A stretch of DNA of 64,000 bases from Pelomyxa schiedti (taxonomy: Eukaryota > Protista > Evosea): contig JAHLWZ010000846.1 in the NCBI GenBank assembly GCA_020536535.1, forward strand, positions 15,373 to 79,372. The letters run 5' to 3'. Under the pieces are notes generated by a model. It made no database searches and was not told the DNA's origin. It saw only the letters and a program-made list of their open reading frames with translations. Of this stretch, positions 46,720-57,986 are shown one piece after another (within the stretch, counting starts at the first letter, position 1; each line of letters opens with the position of its first letter). A program made the translations under genes and the position numbers.

Positions 46720-49700
46720 ATGGGGTGGCTTGGGTTTGCTGTTGTGTTGTGGATAGGATCTTATGCTGTTTGTTGTATTGGGGCCAGTACCGACAACCCT
46801 GTTGCAGATCCAACGGCGGTTGTTGTACAGAATGTATGTCGGGACAAACAACTGTCAACGGAGTGACTTTGTTTGCAGAAAGCACGATTCACAGTGCTTA
46901 CTGATCGAATGATAAGAATGGAGTGGTCAAGAACGAGCACGTTTGAAGATTCTGCAACCTTTGTCGTTCTTAACAGGCTCACTGTGGTGCCTCAATTTTC
47001 ACTTTCTCAGACCTCTTCTTACGTCAGTAAGCAACTGCCTTATTTGACTCTGTACTCACCCATTAATTATAGAAATCTCCACTGAGTACTTGACTCTTAC
47101 TTATATGGATACGGGTGTGAAATTTTTCCTTGCGTTGGCCTCCTTGAACCCTCAAACCAGGACACAATGAGTTCAATAGTTCCAACTTACAGATATCTGT
47201 CTATGTTGATGGCACACCAGTCATATGGAACCCTTCTAGTCAAGATACTGGAAATTTACTTGGCACTGTTCGCACACTAGATGATACAGATGGTTTCCTA
47301 AATCTTGATTGTGATAAGAACTTGAGGTCAAGGGAACTATACTGCACTTACGGCATTGTATTATATCTGCTCTGTGATTGCGAAAACAAAGTGGGCTTAG
47401 GTTTCACAACTTGGGTGGACACTTTGGGATGACACTGATACACCTTTGTTTGACAATAGTGAGTACCAATGGCCCAGAGATAGGGCATCAAGTGATACCA
47501 TAGATTGGTAGGGCTTTTTAGTTTATTTGAACAAGAACAAATAATAATAACAAAAGGTATCTCTTTGGATATGGGCACGATTACCGGGGTGCTCTTTATG
47601 ACTTCACACTGATTTCTGGAAAAATTCCCCTCCCTCCACGCTTTGCTTTTGGAATATTCTTTTCCAGGTTTGTGGTGTGGGTTTTACATCGTTATAATTT
47701 CTTCCTGTGAAAGATATTGGGCTTACAGTGACTATGATACAAGAGAAATTGTTACTGAATATGAGGTTCACCAAACCCCATTAGATGTAGTTGTTACGGT
47801 GAGGTTTTTTTCCTCTTAACGCTTGCGCTTATTTTTCCCCTCTTTCTAAGGACATGGACTGGTAATACACATTTCTTTAAAAACTGTTCACCATCAAAGG
47901 CACATTACCTACTACAAGGAGGCAGATCAAGGAGTTAAAGATCAGGCGGGTGAGGTATTTTAGGCTCTCTTTTCTTTCTTGTAAATAATTTTCATGTAGA
48001 CAATCGGCTGGACGGGGTATACTTGGGATGATCATTTATTCCCTCATCCTGAACAATTCACTGCATGGTGCAAGCAAAAGGGCCTGAAAAATACACTTAA
48101 CCTTCACCCTGCTTCTGGGGTACCCTTCTCTCTGATATTATTCTCTTTTTACTTTGAAAAAGGTTCAGCCTTGGGAAGATAAGTACGAACCAATGGCTAC
48201 TGCTATGGGAATAGACCCTTCTACACAACAGGTTGTAACCAACGTCTCGTTTTTCAAAAGAATGACTCGGTGCTCAGTACGTTCCATTTGATATTGTCAA
48301 TTCAACCTATTCAAACAATTGGTTGGACATTGTGCTAAAACCTGTGGAAGACCAAGGTTTGAACACATTGGTTTTATATTGTCCCTGAGTATCTGTCTTG
48401 TAGGCATCGACTTTTGGTGGCTTGATTGGCAGCAAGGATGGAATGGTATTATATTCTACTTGGTGCATATCTTAATACAAAATAGGAAATCCCAATCCAA
48501 CCATAATGCTAAACTATGGTAGTTCTGTTACCTTTATAAGGATCTCTAATGCTATCGCAGTATTTTTTACCAATTCCCAACGTATTGGCGTTAATAAACG
48601 GGGAATGATTCTTCACCGGTTCTAATAGTCTTCCAAATTTCCACGCTAACTCTTCATAGATGGGGAGGGATGGGCAACCACCGCTACCAAGTTGGTTTCT
48701 CAGGAGATGTAATACCATCATGGTCATCCCTTAATTATCAGCCACACTTTACACTCACTGCTGCAAATGTTCTCTATGGGTATCTACATTCACCTGAAGT
48801 TCCATTTATAATTTCTCCAGGTATTGGAGTCACGACATTGGGGGTCACACAAATCCTTGTCCCACAGAACTGTACACACGGTGGGTTCAATGGGGAGTTT
48901 GGTCTCCAATTTTCCGTACCCACTGCACGAAGGAACCAAACAATGATAGAAGAGTAAGTAGACCTTCATGCCTCACATGCACTAAGTTGTTGAAGATCTG
49001 GGTATACCCTCTAGAGAACTTTGAAATCATGCGTGATGCAATTGTGTTGCGGTCTCGAGTAAACATTCTCCCCACTCTACTCCACTCATTGCGCTCAGAT
49101 GATACCCTATATCTACACGCAAGCTCGTCTTGCCTATGACACTGGAGTTTCAATTGTGCATCCCATGTACTATGATTGGGCAAGTGAAGCGGACTCTTAC
49201 ACGTCAAGTAAGACTCAGTTCATGTTCGGAACAGACGTTCTGGTTGCCCCAATCACCTCTCCCTTGAATGTACGTTCACAAACGGCACAAAAATGTAAGC
49301 TTCTTCATCATTTTACTTTCAATTGTTAACAAGAATTCTACACTAAGCTATTTGGATTCCCCCGGGTACCTGGATTGAGTGGTTCAGTGGAAACGTGTTT
49401 GTTGGCTCCTCCAATTTGGATAGGGAATATACACTTCATGAGACACCAGTCTTCGTCAAAGCAGGAGCCGTAAGTGACTCAGTACTACACAGTGTCTAAC
49501 TTCTGGAAAGGTCATACCAATGTTGCCTTCCAATAAAAAACTTCTTGGCAGTGCTCAATCGACATATACAGCACTTCACCTTACAATATTCCCATATAAG
49601 CAAACTGGTGGCTCTACCACTTTGTATGAAGATGATGGAGTTTCTGACGATTACATGTCTGATGGTGGCTATGCATTGACTGACATCACGTATTCCTAAT

Positions 49701-50442
49701 AGCAAAATTACTCTGATACGTTACTTTGAATCAGATACACAGTGGTTACTGATCAACAAGTTCAAGTCCTTGTTAGTCCATCTACTGGTTCCGTGTACAG
49801 TTTGACTCGCATCTACAATTTCTCTTTTGTTGGAATTTTCCCGCCCACTACCGTTTCGCTGAATGGGCAATCCCTTAGCTACGTGTATCAGCCTTCAGTT
49901 GAAGAATCGGGTAAGAACTTTTTTTCCTTCAATGGACTACTTACTTGAGGCTAGGGTGGTCGTATGATGGCTCTACCTTGACAATGACAGCTTGGAGCAC
50001 CACAAAGTTTTCTGTAACTTCATCTGTAACACTTGTGGTCAATCTTCCTAAGGGACAGGACTTGTCCTTTGGTCCTTTGGTTGGCTATACTGGTTGCTTG
50101 TCAAGATTGCAGCTGGCCAAGGTTTTTCTGCAAGTACTTTCACTTTTCCAACACAAAGAATCATAGAGCCTACTGGACCAACAGTGGGGCACTGGAGTCT
50201 ACAACGAGGTTTGTTCTTCTAGTCCCCTTTCCTGGCTGGCCAACACCATGTAGGATTACTATAATTTACTTAGCCTTGGAGAAACTGGAGAGAAAATAAC
50301 TAAGGATTTGACCACTGCCTACAGTCAATACACAACATTCCCGGCCTCGTTGACTGATGTAATACTGACAATGACAAATCTCACCAGCATATCTGAGAGT
50401 GTCAAAACTCAAGTGCTAACTTGGTTACAGAGTTGTGCCTGA
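46720..50442 (+). CDS. Secreted glycoside hydrolase family 31
   Basis: Signal peptide MGWLGFAVVLWIG; NPVADP..ARFTVLTDRMIRMEWS; VVTDMDWH; nucleophile region GIDFWWLDWQQG; acid/base region GNHRYQVGFSGDV; WSHDIGGH; ELYTRWVQWG; QFMFGTDVLVAPIT; LYEDDG. Confidence 0.9.
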
Positions 50443-50865
50443 GGACGCCACGCCAGTCAGGAAATAAAAACATACAACAAAACAACAAGTAAACACGAAA
50501 TCCAGTAAACCTTTCTTCGAACCTCCAACTTTGTGACGAGCTAGTAGAACGAAAAAACGGCAACAGTGGAATGGCAAGCGGAAAAAACTTTGGAATATTA
50601 TTGGTGTAGTAGGTACGACTGTTATGAAGGTGGAGAGCTTCTGGGGAGTGGAACTTTGTTGTGGAGGTTTGGTGTGGTGAGTGGGATAATTACTGACTTG
50701 GGTGGCTTTCATAGGTGCATGGGTAGGGTTGGGTACAGTAGAGTGTAGTGCAGGGTATCACAGTGCAGTACAGCCAGTCAGTGTGTGATGTTACTCATCC
50801 GCGTTACGGAGCTCACTCTGTTAGTGCCAGTACGGTAGGCATTTGGCGTGATCACCAAGGCAGTC

Positions 50866-51161
50866 CTGAGAGTGAAAGTGAGTGTTGTGTTAACAAGGGT
50901 GAGGGTTTTGTACCTCAGGTTGTGAGGGTTATAACAACAACAAAACTTGTAGTGTACGAAAAACAGGGAAATATGCACCAATATATCATCCAATCCTCCT
51001 CTGACTCTGGGGTTTGGTTAGATTTTTCGTGGAGAAGAAAGTTTATTACCTTGGCTGGCGTTTTGTTCGTAGGTTGGATTATGGGCTGCGTTAGGGTGCT
51101 GCGATTTCAGTGCTTCCCCGCCACCGTGCCTCGTTTTCTTTTTGTGGCGGTTTTGTTGCAT
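50866..51161 (-). other. Possible small spliced gene or transcript (about 68 aa, hydrophobic C-terminus)
   Basis: ATG at 51161; textbook introns 51049-51007 (GTAATA..CTAAC..CCAG) and 50913-50866 (GTACAA..TTAAC..TCAG). No homology recognised. Confidence 0.3.
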
Positions 51162-51616
51162 TGTGATGAAATCCGAAGGGTTTCGTGTTAAATCGATGGC
51201 GTGTGGGGGTAAATATTTTTGTGTTCAAGAAAAGGTGCTGTTGTTGGTTATTGTTACTGTTGTTGTTGAGCTGGAATGGGAGCCAAGGTGGCCGTGTGGT
51301 GTGGATGAGTTGAGTGTTGCAGGTTGTGATTGGAATTCATGAAGGTAGATGTGTTCGTGGCAGCGTGATCATCACGACGGCGTTGCTCCGTCCTCGCGTG
51401 CACGGTCCCATCATAGAGAGTGACTGGGTCCTGCGAAAGATTCGAGTTAGCGACACCAACACACGTGGGTGAACAAAAAACGCGGCGAAAACAACGAAGG
51501 GGGAAAAAACCACGCGAGAGATCGGTATGTTTACCTGTTCACGTGTGCATCGAGGAGCGATATCGGTGTCGCGTTTCGGCACAGTAGCCGTCGCTCGCGT
51601 GCGTGTCACTTTGGTT

Positions 51617-51645
51617 GGTTTTGGTTTTGGTTTTGGTTTTGGTTT
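51617..51645 (+). repeat. (GGTTTT)4+ microsatellite
   Basis: Read directly. Confidence 0.85.
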
Positions 51646-52176
51646 AGTTAAAATCTTTGGTTTAAATAATCCGGGGGAGGGGTAATTACTGCGAAAGAAA
51701 GGTGACGCCGGCCAAAACGGCAACTGTTACAGTTGCTCCGCCCAGTTGGGCGTACAATTGAATAGACTCTGAGACTTACACTGGCAATCACCGCAGACTG
51801 GTGGGGCTTCCACTTTCGTAAGACTCGGAGATCAGGCTCCAAGGAAGACCGCGGAGTAGATCTTGATCATCAAATAAATTCTTCGTCCATCAAAGTTCCG
51901 TAAGGTGTCCAAACGACGTTCAGACGGAGCCCGTATGTTACAGTGTGCATGCAGTGCCATGGAGACCGCCGCTCTGCTCGCCACACAGTCAAAGTCAATT
52001 GTGGGACCGTGCGTGTATTGTCAGTACGTGTTGGGGGATAGTTGTTTTATGTGGCTATTGCGTCGCCTCACACCCACTGTCTCGCGATGCCTCGGAATTG
52101 TGGGACACGTGCCGTGCACCCTTGATTTGACGCCAAACTCTCTCAACGAGGTTGTCCGTCGCTCGAGTGGCCATAA

Positions 52177-53337
52177 GTGTACGTTGTGACTGACGGGACC
52201 AGCCCACGGCACAATCGCCAGTTGTGGTCAGCACAGACGTATATGCCAAGTCCTGAATCCTTTGACAGCACAGCCACAACAGGGTCGATGAACATGATGG
52301 AGTTCATGTGTGTAAGTAACAAGAAAAATGAACCCACCACCTGCGATGTTGAGAGCACGTCACGGTCGTTCAGCGTGGTTTTCCGTTTACGTACGAGAAT
52401 TGAAATACTCGGAAGTGCCAGTACGAAAAATCTTGTGCTCACACTGAAGAAAGAGCAAGGGCCACAACGCGCAGAACCATTGTTTCTTTTGCGCAAGCTG
52501 CATGTTCGCCAGGGTGACAACGAACAGTTTCCTCCCACACTGATTGCCTTTCCTTTCGAGGAAGCTTTCGGCGAACAAGAAAACTCGAAGTGGTGTGCGT
52601 GGGCGTGTGTGACTCTCGGAGCGTTGTGGTTGTTGCACTGCGAGGCGGGCGGTGTGGTTGCATAAGCGGTCTACACGTAACGTCAAATAAAGTGCGTGGC
52701 TTTGGTGTAAGTGACAGCAGCAACTCTGTCACTGAGAGGGAGGAAACCCTCCGTCTGGTAAGCGACAAAGGCCGACATGATGTCCTCCGCGTATGGGACG
52801 TCGTCGTCGGCAGCGAGTGGCGCTGCGCCCGCGTCCTCGTCCTCGTCTTCTTCTTCTTCCTCGTCGTCGTCGTGGTGACTGGGTTCCAAATGAGGCTGCG
52901 TTGGGCTCTTTGTCTTCTTCCTCCTCCAAGCACCACCGCTCTGCCTTGATAAAATCGACTACCTCCGCTCCTACACCTCTGATTTCGTCAGCACCAAGGG
53001 CTCCCTTGTTAGAACGTTGGGGGATCCCGTTTGGTTCTAGTTGTCGGCTGCACCTGACAGCAATGAACTGCTTCTAGACCTGTGCAAGTAGTCTCTTGGA
53101 GATGATGTGAACTCGGTCCGTGAGCTGTATTGACATGGTTCCAAGGGAAAACATTCCTAAAGTGGTTGGTCTCACAGTGACGAGTCTGGCTTTTTCTTTT
53201 ATCCCCCACATCATCATCTGTTGGTTCCTCCTCAACCATCTCCAAGTCACCGGCAGCAGCTGCTACTGCACCAATGACAGTACAGCCTCGTCGACACCGG
53301 AATCTGTGACGTAGAACAGCAACTCATAACCAACTTT
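52177..53337 (+). pseudogene. Degenerate paralog of the Crinkler-like REase-kinase at 23543-26246 (opposite orientation)
   Basis: 53240-53281 matches the reverse complement of 23742-23783 at 40/42 nt; 53312-53337 matches 23545-23520 at 25/26 nt. Protein echoes: MMEFMCVSNKKNEP vs AMQFVLTTNKNNP, LLRKLHVR..PTLIAF vs ILRTVYNR..PNLAF, TLGALWLLH vs ILCALKTLH. Stops and frame changes follow the kinase helix. Confidence 0.7.
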
Positions 53338-53560
53338 GTCCGTGGTACAGCCAACCGTCATCCCAGTTTCTTCCTGTCAACGAGAAACATAAAAGAAGAA
53401 GACCCTCACTTGCCCGGAACCAACAGCACATCCACACTTGCCAAAAAGATCTTTTGTGCTTTTTGTACCCAAGCTATCCTCTTGCAACTAGGAGTAGAAA
53501 CAAAAATGGAATGAATATATTCCTACATCACACAAATCACCACACTCTCTGGTGCTTTCT

Positions 53561-56500
53561 TTACACACCAAACGTTGGGTTCTCAGTGGGGGAGGGAGCG
53601 TGGATTGGCCAGTGGACAGAATCGAGCTGTGATACCAGGGGCCCGGTTGTAAATCCCAGCCTGTTTGTGAAGAAGTTGAGTGAGGGGTGGGACGTGGCCA
53701 CCGAGCACAGCTTCCTTGGGTTGCCAACAACTTGCTTCATAACGCTCTGCACAAGCATTGTACCGATCCCTTGCCGTTGGTATTTAGTTGATACTGCCAC
53801 TTGGTACAGGAACCTGGATGGGGGTTAGAGAGAGTTGGTGTGTGACCTGTAGTGTTGTTGTTATTGTTTTTTGTTGGTATCATTATTATTACCCTTTTGG
53901 TGGAAAAGGAGTGGGATAATATTGATTTTTGTAGTGCCATGGTTTTTTTTGGGTGACAAACCATGGGTATTGGGAGGCCATTGCTTTCCGGGATTCTTCA
54001 ACCAGGCCGACCATTTTTCTTGTGTGGGACATGACATTTTTTGGAGAAACGGGCAGTATCCTGCTCTCTGGTGGGCACAGTATTACAACAGCAATAAGTG
54101 AATCCCGTTCCATGAGAACAAATAACATCTAAAATCAATTGGTAAGTTGTAATCATGTGTCACAGCACCGCACCCAAGATGAAATTTGTGTAGTCAATAG
54201 CTTTTTATAAAAAGCTGCAGCTTTTTCATTCCCTTTTTTCCCCTCCAAGGAGCGCACACCACCAGTGAATTGTTGTTTGAAAAATTCGTCTGTCTGTAAT
54301 GCCTCAATCAACAAGTCGACAATCTTTCATTTTCCAGGATTAGAGTGCAGAATGGGAGAAAGAGTACTTACTTTCAACACTATACCCTTCAGAACCACGT
54401 GTTGTGTTATTTTTCCCTCTCTAGAAATAGCATTTATGCCTCCGAAGGGTCTTTCTTGAGCTGAAGGGGTTAACAAAACCTCAGATGATGTAAACCTCTC
54501 GGAGATGATCATGCCCTCAAAGGGTCGTGAGGAAGATGACGAAAGTGATATCGAACGAGTGGGTGGTGGGTTACGCTCGGGTGATGGGGATACAACGGAG
54601 TTGTTGTGTGAAATATTAAGGCATGGTGTGGAGGCACTAAGGCTGGACGTGGGTGGTGATGCTGATCCGGCGGAAGTTCTCAATTGAGAAACCCGGGCAC
54701 GAACTTCTGGAGGGCTTGATTGTTGTGGGGGACTTGTCGTTCCTGGCGTTCCAATGAGTGGTTCACTTGCTTTGAGTGGAGTTGATGGGTGGGTGAGCAG
54801 ATAGGGATCACATGCCTTGGTGCCTGACCTCATAGTTTGTGTTGTATACAGTGATGGGACTGGGGGTTGTGGTTGTCTCGGTGGTGGCATCGTGTATTGA
54901 GATGGAGGATGTGGTGCCACTAGAGTCTGAGGAGTTGACATTGAATACTGGGAAGAAGGGGGATGAGGGACATACTGTGGAGGCTGGATGTTGTATGTTG
55001 AAATAGGTGGATGTGGTGAAAGGGATTGCTGAGGTGGCATGGTATATGTTGATGGAAGTGCTTGGAGTGAAGATTGGGTTGATGAGGAGGGTTGTGATGG
55101 AAAAGAATTTGCACCAGATGTTACTAAAGAGGACTGGTGAAGGAAACTATGCAAAATCCAATCTTGAATAGCCTGGATTTTGGCTGAGGGATCTTCATTG
55201 AGATAGCCATTCAGCCACTGTGTGATTTGTCGAAAAGGCGGCCTGAAAAGAGGTGAACATTTCCTTACAGAAGGAAACGGTACCTGGAGGAAGTTGGCAT
55301 TGCCCAGCACTTTCGAGAGACAAGAAATGAGAGTGTGCATCAAGGAAAAGGAGTTCAAAGCGCACACCTTTAACATGATCTCATAGATTGGTTGTGGACA
55401 AGTATCGGGACAAGGGAGGCGTTGCCCTTGTTCTAGAAATTCTATTACCTCCACCACTCCAGCAAGTTTGGAATATGGCAAAGCGCACTGAGTCCACATC
55501 TAGTGTGCATTTAGGTGCTGCTTTAAAGGAGAAGATAATCAACCTCCCACATCACAACCCCGAAACTGGAAGATTTTAGAAGAACAACTTTTTAAAAAAT
55601 ATTGGCTGTACCTCCAGACATCAGACTGTATAGTACATTCATTGTCCCTAATCCATTCCAAAGCACACCATCTAAACGGCATTACTCGGGTAGATGGTCT
55701 ATAGACATTATCAATCAATACACGACCAAGACCGAAATGTTAGAGTGGTTAAGGATATGCAAATGACACGTTCTTTCATTGACGAAGGAAATAAAGGATA
55801 TCTGCTATCTGCCAACTGTTAGTTTCGCGAGGATGAAAATCGAACACACTTTAGCACAAATACTCTTGTCTTCAAATTTGTATAGCACATTGCGGCATGC
55901 TAAGTCTCTGTTTGAGAAATTATGCTTAGTTTCTTATCCTCCACTTTTAACCAAGATATACCTGTGAATAATTGGTGGTTGGTGAGTAGACAAATACTCC
56001 ATTCCAGAGCACGCATCCTTACAGTGTGTTAACTTCCTCTAGAGGATAAAGAAAGAAAAACTTTGGCAATCTTAGCTAAAACTTCAGATGAAGGGTGAAA
56101 TTTTTTAATCAATTGATCAACTGATCCCTCAGCGAGTTCAGTTACAATATATTGTTTTTCATTGAATACAGCTATTCCTACGGAGATTCTGAGTGTACAC
56201 TTGACAAACTTCGTGCCTCACCATAAAAAGAGACAATATTGGGGTGCCGTAAAGCTGCTAATAAATCCACCTCACGACTTAACTCGCGGTATAAATCACT
56301 GTCATGGAGCTCTTTCATCGCAACAGGTGTTGCTTCACCCCATTTGCCTCATTGTGAAGTAAGTTTCTGAACAATTATAGTGACAACCAAACCTTTCCAA
56401 ACCTATTTTAGAGTGTGAGATAGATGGCCTGCTGAAGTGATAACAAATTACTTTGCCAAAATTGCCACTGCCAAGCAAACTCTCTGGTACAACATCAGTC

Positions 56501-57363
56501 AAAACAGATGTCTCTGCAGATATTGTTTTAGTGACTTGCTGCTGCTGGTTCAAGCAAAGGGTAACATAGGTTCGAATTTTTCCTCTCTCCCCAAGGTTTA
56601 CACCCTAAGAATGTCAGGCTTTTGCTTTGATTCTTTTCTTTGTCATACAAGAGAATTATAGTTGTCATCCGTCAGTCCATTCATGGAGGCGACAGTATCC
56701 AGTCCTTGTTGGAAGAAAATCTTGGAAGGATAAGAAATCATATAGAAACGGGGCATACATTGGATAGTTCTATGGCCCTTTGTTCCGGTATTGATATATC
56801 TTTGAATATTCTCTCCAAGTCTGCTTGTGACAAAATTGTTGTGAAGCCAAAAACATAGCTCAAGGAGGCCACACTGTATCTTTGTCAGTGCGGAGGGGAA
56901 AAAAAAGAAAAAAGTAATGATAATAATAACCACTAACAACGTGGACCACTGACCTTAATTGCCTCGGACTCAGCGACCCAGTGGCACCACTAGAAGGCAA
57001 ACCAAGGGACAAACTCGACAAGTTTGGCAATCCCAAGCTACGCGGCGACACCGCTCCCCCGCCCCCGCCTCCTCCTCCCCCCCCGCCGGTCCCCAGCGCC
57101 CCGCCGCCTCCCCCTCCCCCCTCGCCGTTGAGGCTGCCGCCTGCCCCCACGCTCGAGGACGCCGGCGCGGTGGGCGAGAGGAGCAGCGAGGGCACGAACG
57201 CGGGGGAGCGGCCGCGGGCAGGCGGCGGCGGGTGCGGGCCGTAGGCCGAGGCGCCCCCGGTGTAGGACGACGTGACGACGACGCTGGGGGGCGTGGTGGG
57301 CTCCGTGGACAGGGAGGGGGGCGACGATGCCCGCGTGTTGGTGGTGATGTACATCGACGACAT
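53561..57363 (-). CDS. SAM domain - tyrosine kinase - Pro/Ser linker - GNAT acetyltransferase fusion
   Basis: SAM LTDDNYNSLGVNLGERGKIR; kinase LGSGNFGKVWKG, VAMK, LRHPNIV, IIHRDLACRNVL, KIADFGLGR, MPFRWCALE and SDVWS; GNAT FLYQVAVSTKYQRQGIGTMLV...LNFFTNRLGF. Phase-compatible introns join the linker to the GNAT. Confidence 0.8.
55739..55801 (-). other. U12-type (minor spliceosome) AT-AC intron, 63 nt
   Basis: 5' end ATATCCTTT, branch site TCCTTAAC (55755-55748) and terminal AC. Removal gives G+AT TTC GGT = DFG. Confidence 0.92.
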
Positions 57364-57986
57364 TGAGGTGAGGGCTGGGGTGGGTGTGATCGCCGCTCGG
57401 CTCGGTACTCACTGTTCCTTCTGGTTTTTTTTTTCCCTTTTCCTCTCGCGGAGCTTTTTTTCTTGTTACGTTTCGATGCAGAAGTAGCTAAATATGGTCT
57501 GCGGGCCGCCAGCATACTAGGGCAGGAATGCTCCACTGACGAGCGGTTGCTCAATGCCCGGGAGAAACAACGGATACGACTCTTGGGAAACGCAGCAGAC
57601 CAGGGAGTGTTGGTTAAGCCCCCTTTCATTTTTTTTAAACTCGAAAAGACAATCCTCCTATTTTCCCTGTTTTTGTGCTTCGCAAAAAACAGTTCGGCAA
57701 TACAAAAAAATAAAAAGTAAAACCCACTTAACCAACAGCGATGTCTGACGGTAACGTCGTCCCCCCCCTTCCCATTATTTAAGTCGCGTTAGACCACCAC
57801 GCACTCTCCGTCGATGCGCCCAACCGCCGCAAACACCACAACACCAAACTCCCCAAACCAACCAACCAACCGATCCCATAACTAGCCGTTGCACGTGCAC
57901 GCGAGCAGTGGGCCAAGGCACGTAACGTCGGGGCCACCCCCGCGGCCACCAGCACCACCCCGGCGGCCCCCCTGCCCCTTCCCCCC

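Noticed and set aside
51617-51645. (GGTTTT)n as an interstitial telomere or chromosome-healing site
   Set aside because: Fewer than five units, not a repeat I can tie to this lineage, and T/G-rich tracts are common in intergenic DNA here.
52121-52165. Minus-strand peptide ATDNLVERVWRQIK resembling a DDE transposase motif
   Set aside because: No other catalytic motifs or terminal repeats; the region is better explained as the antisense of the plus-strand Crinkler-like remnant.
56565-56580. GGTTCGAA resembling a tRNA T-loop
   Set aside because: It sits in a coding exon of the kinase gene (antisense), with no cloverleaf or A-box around it.
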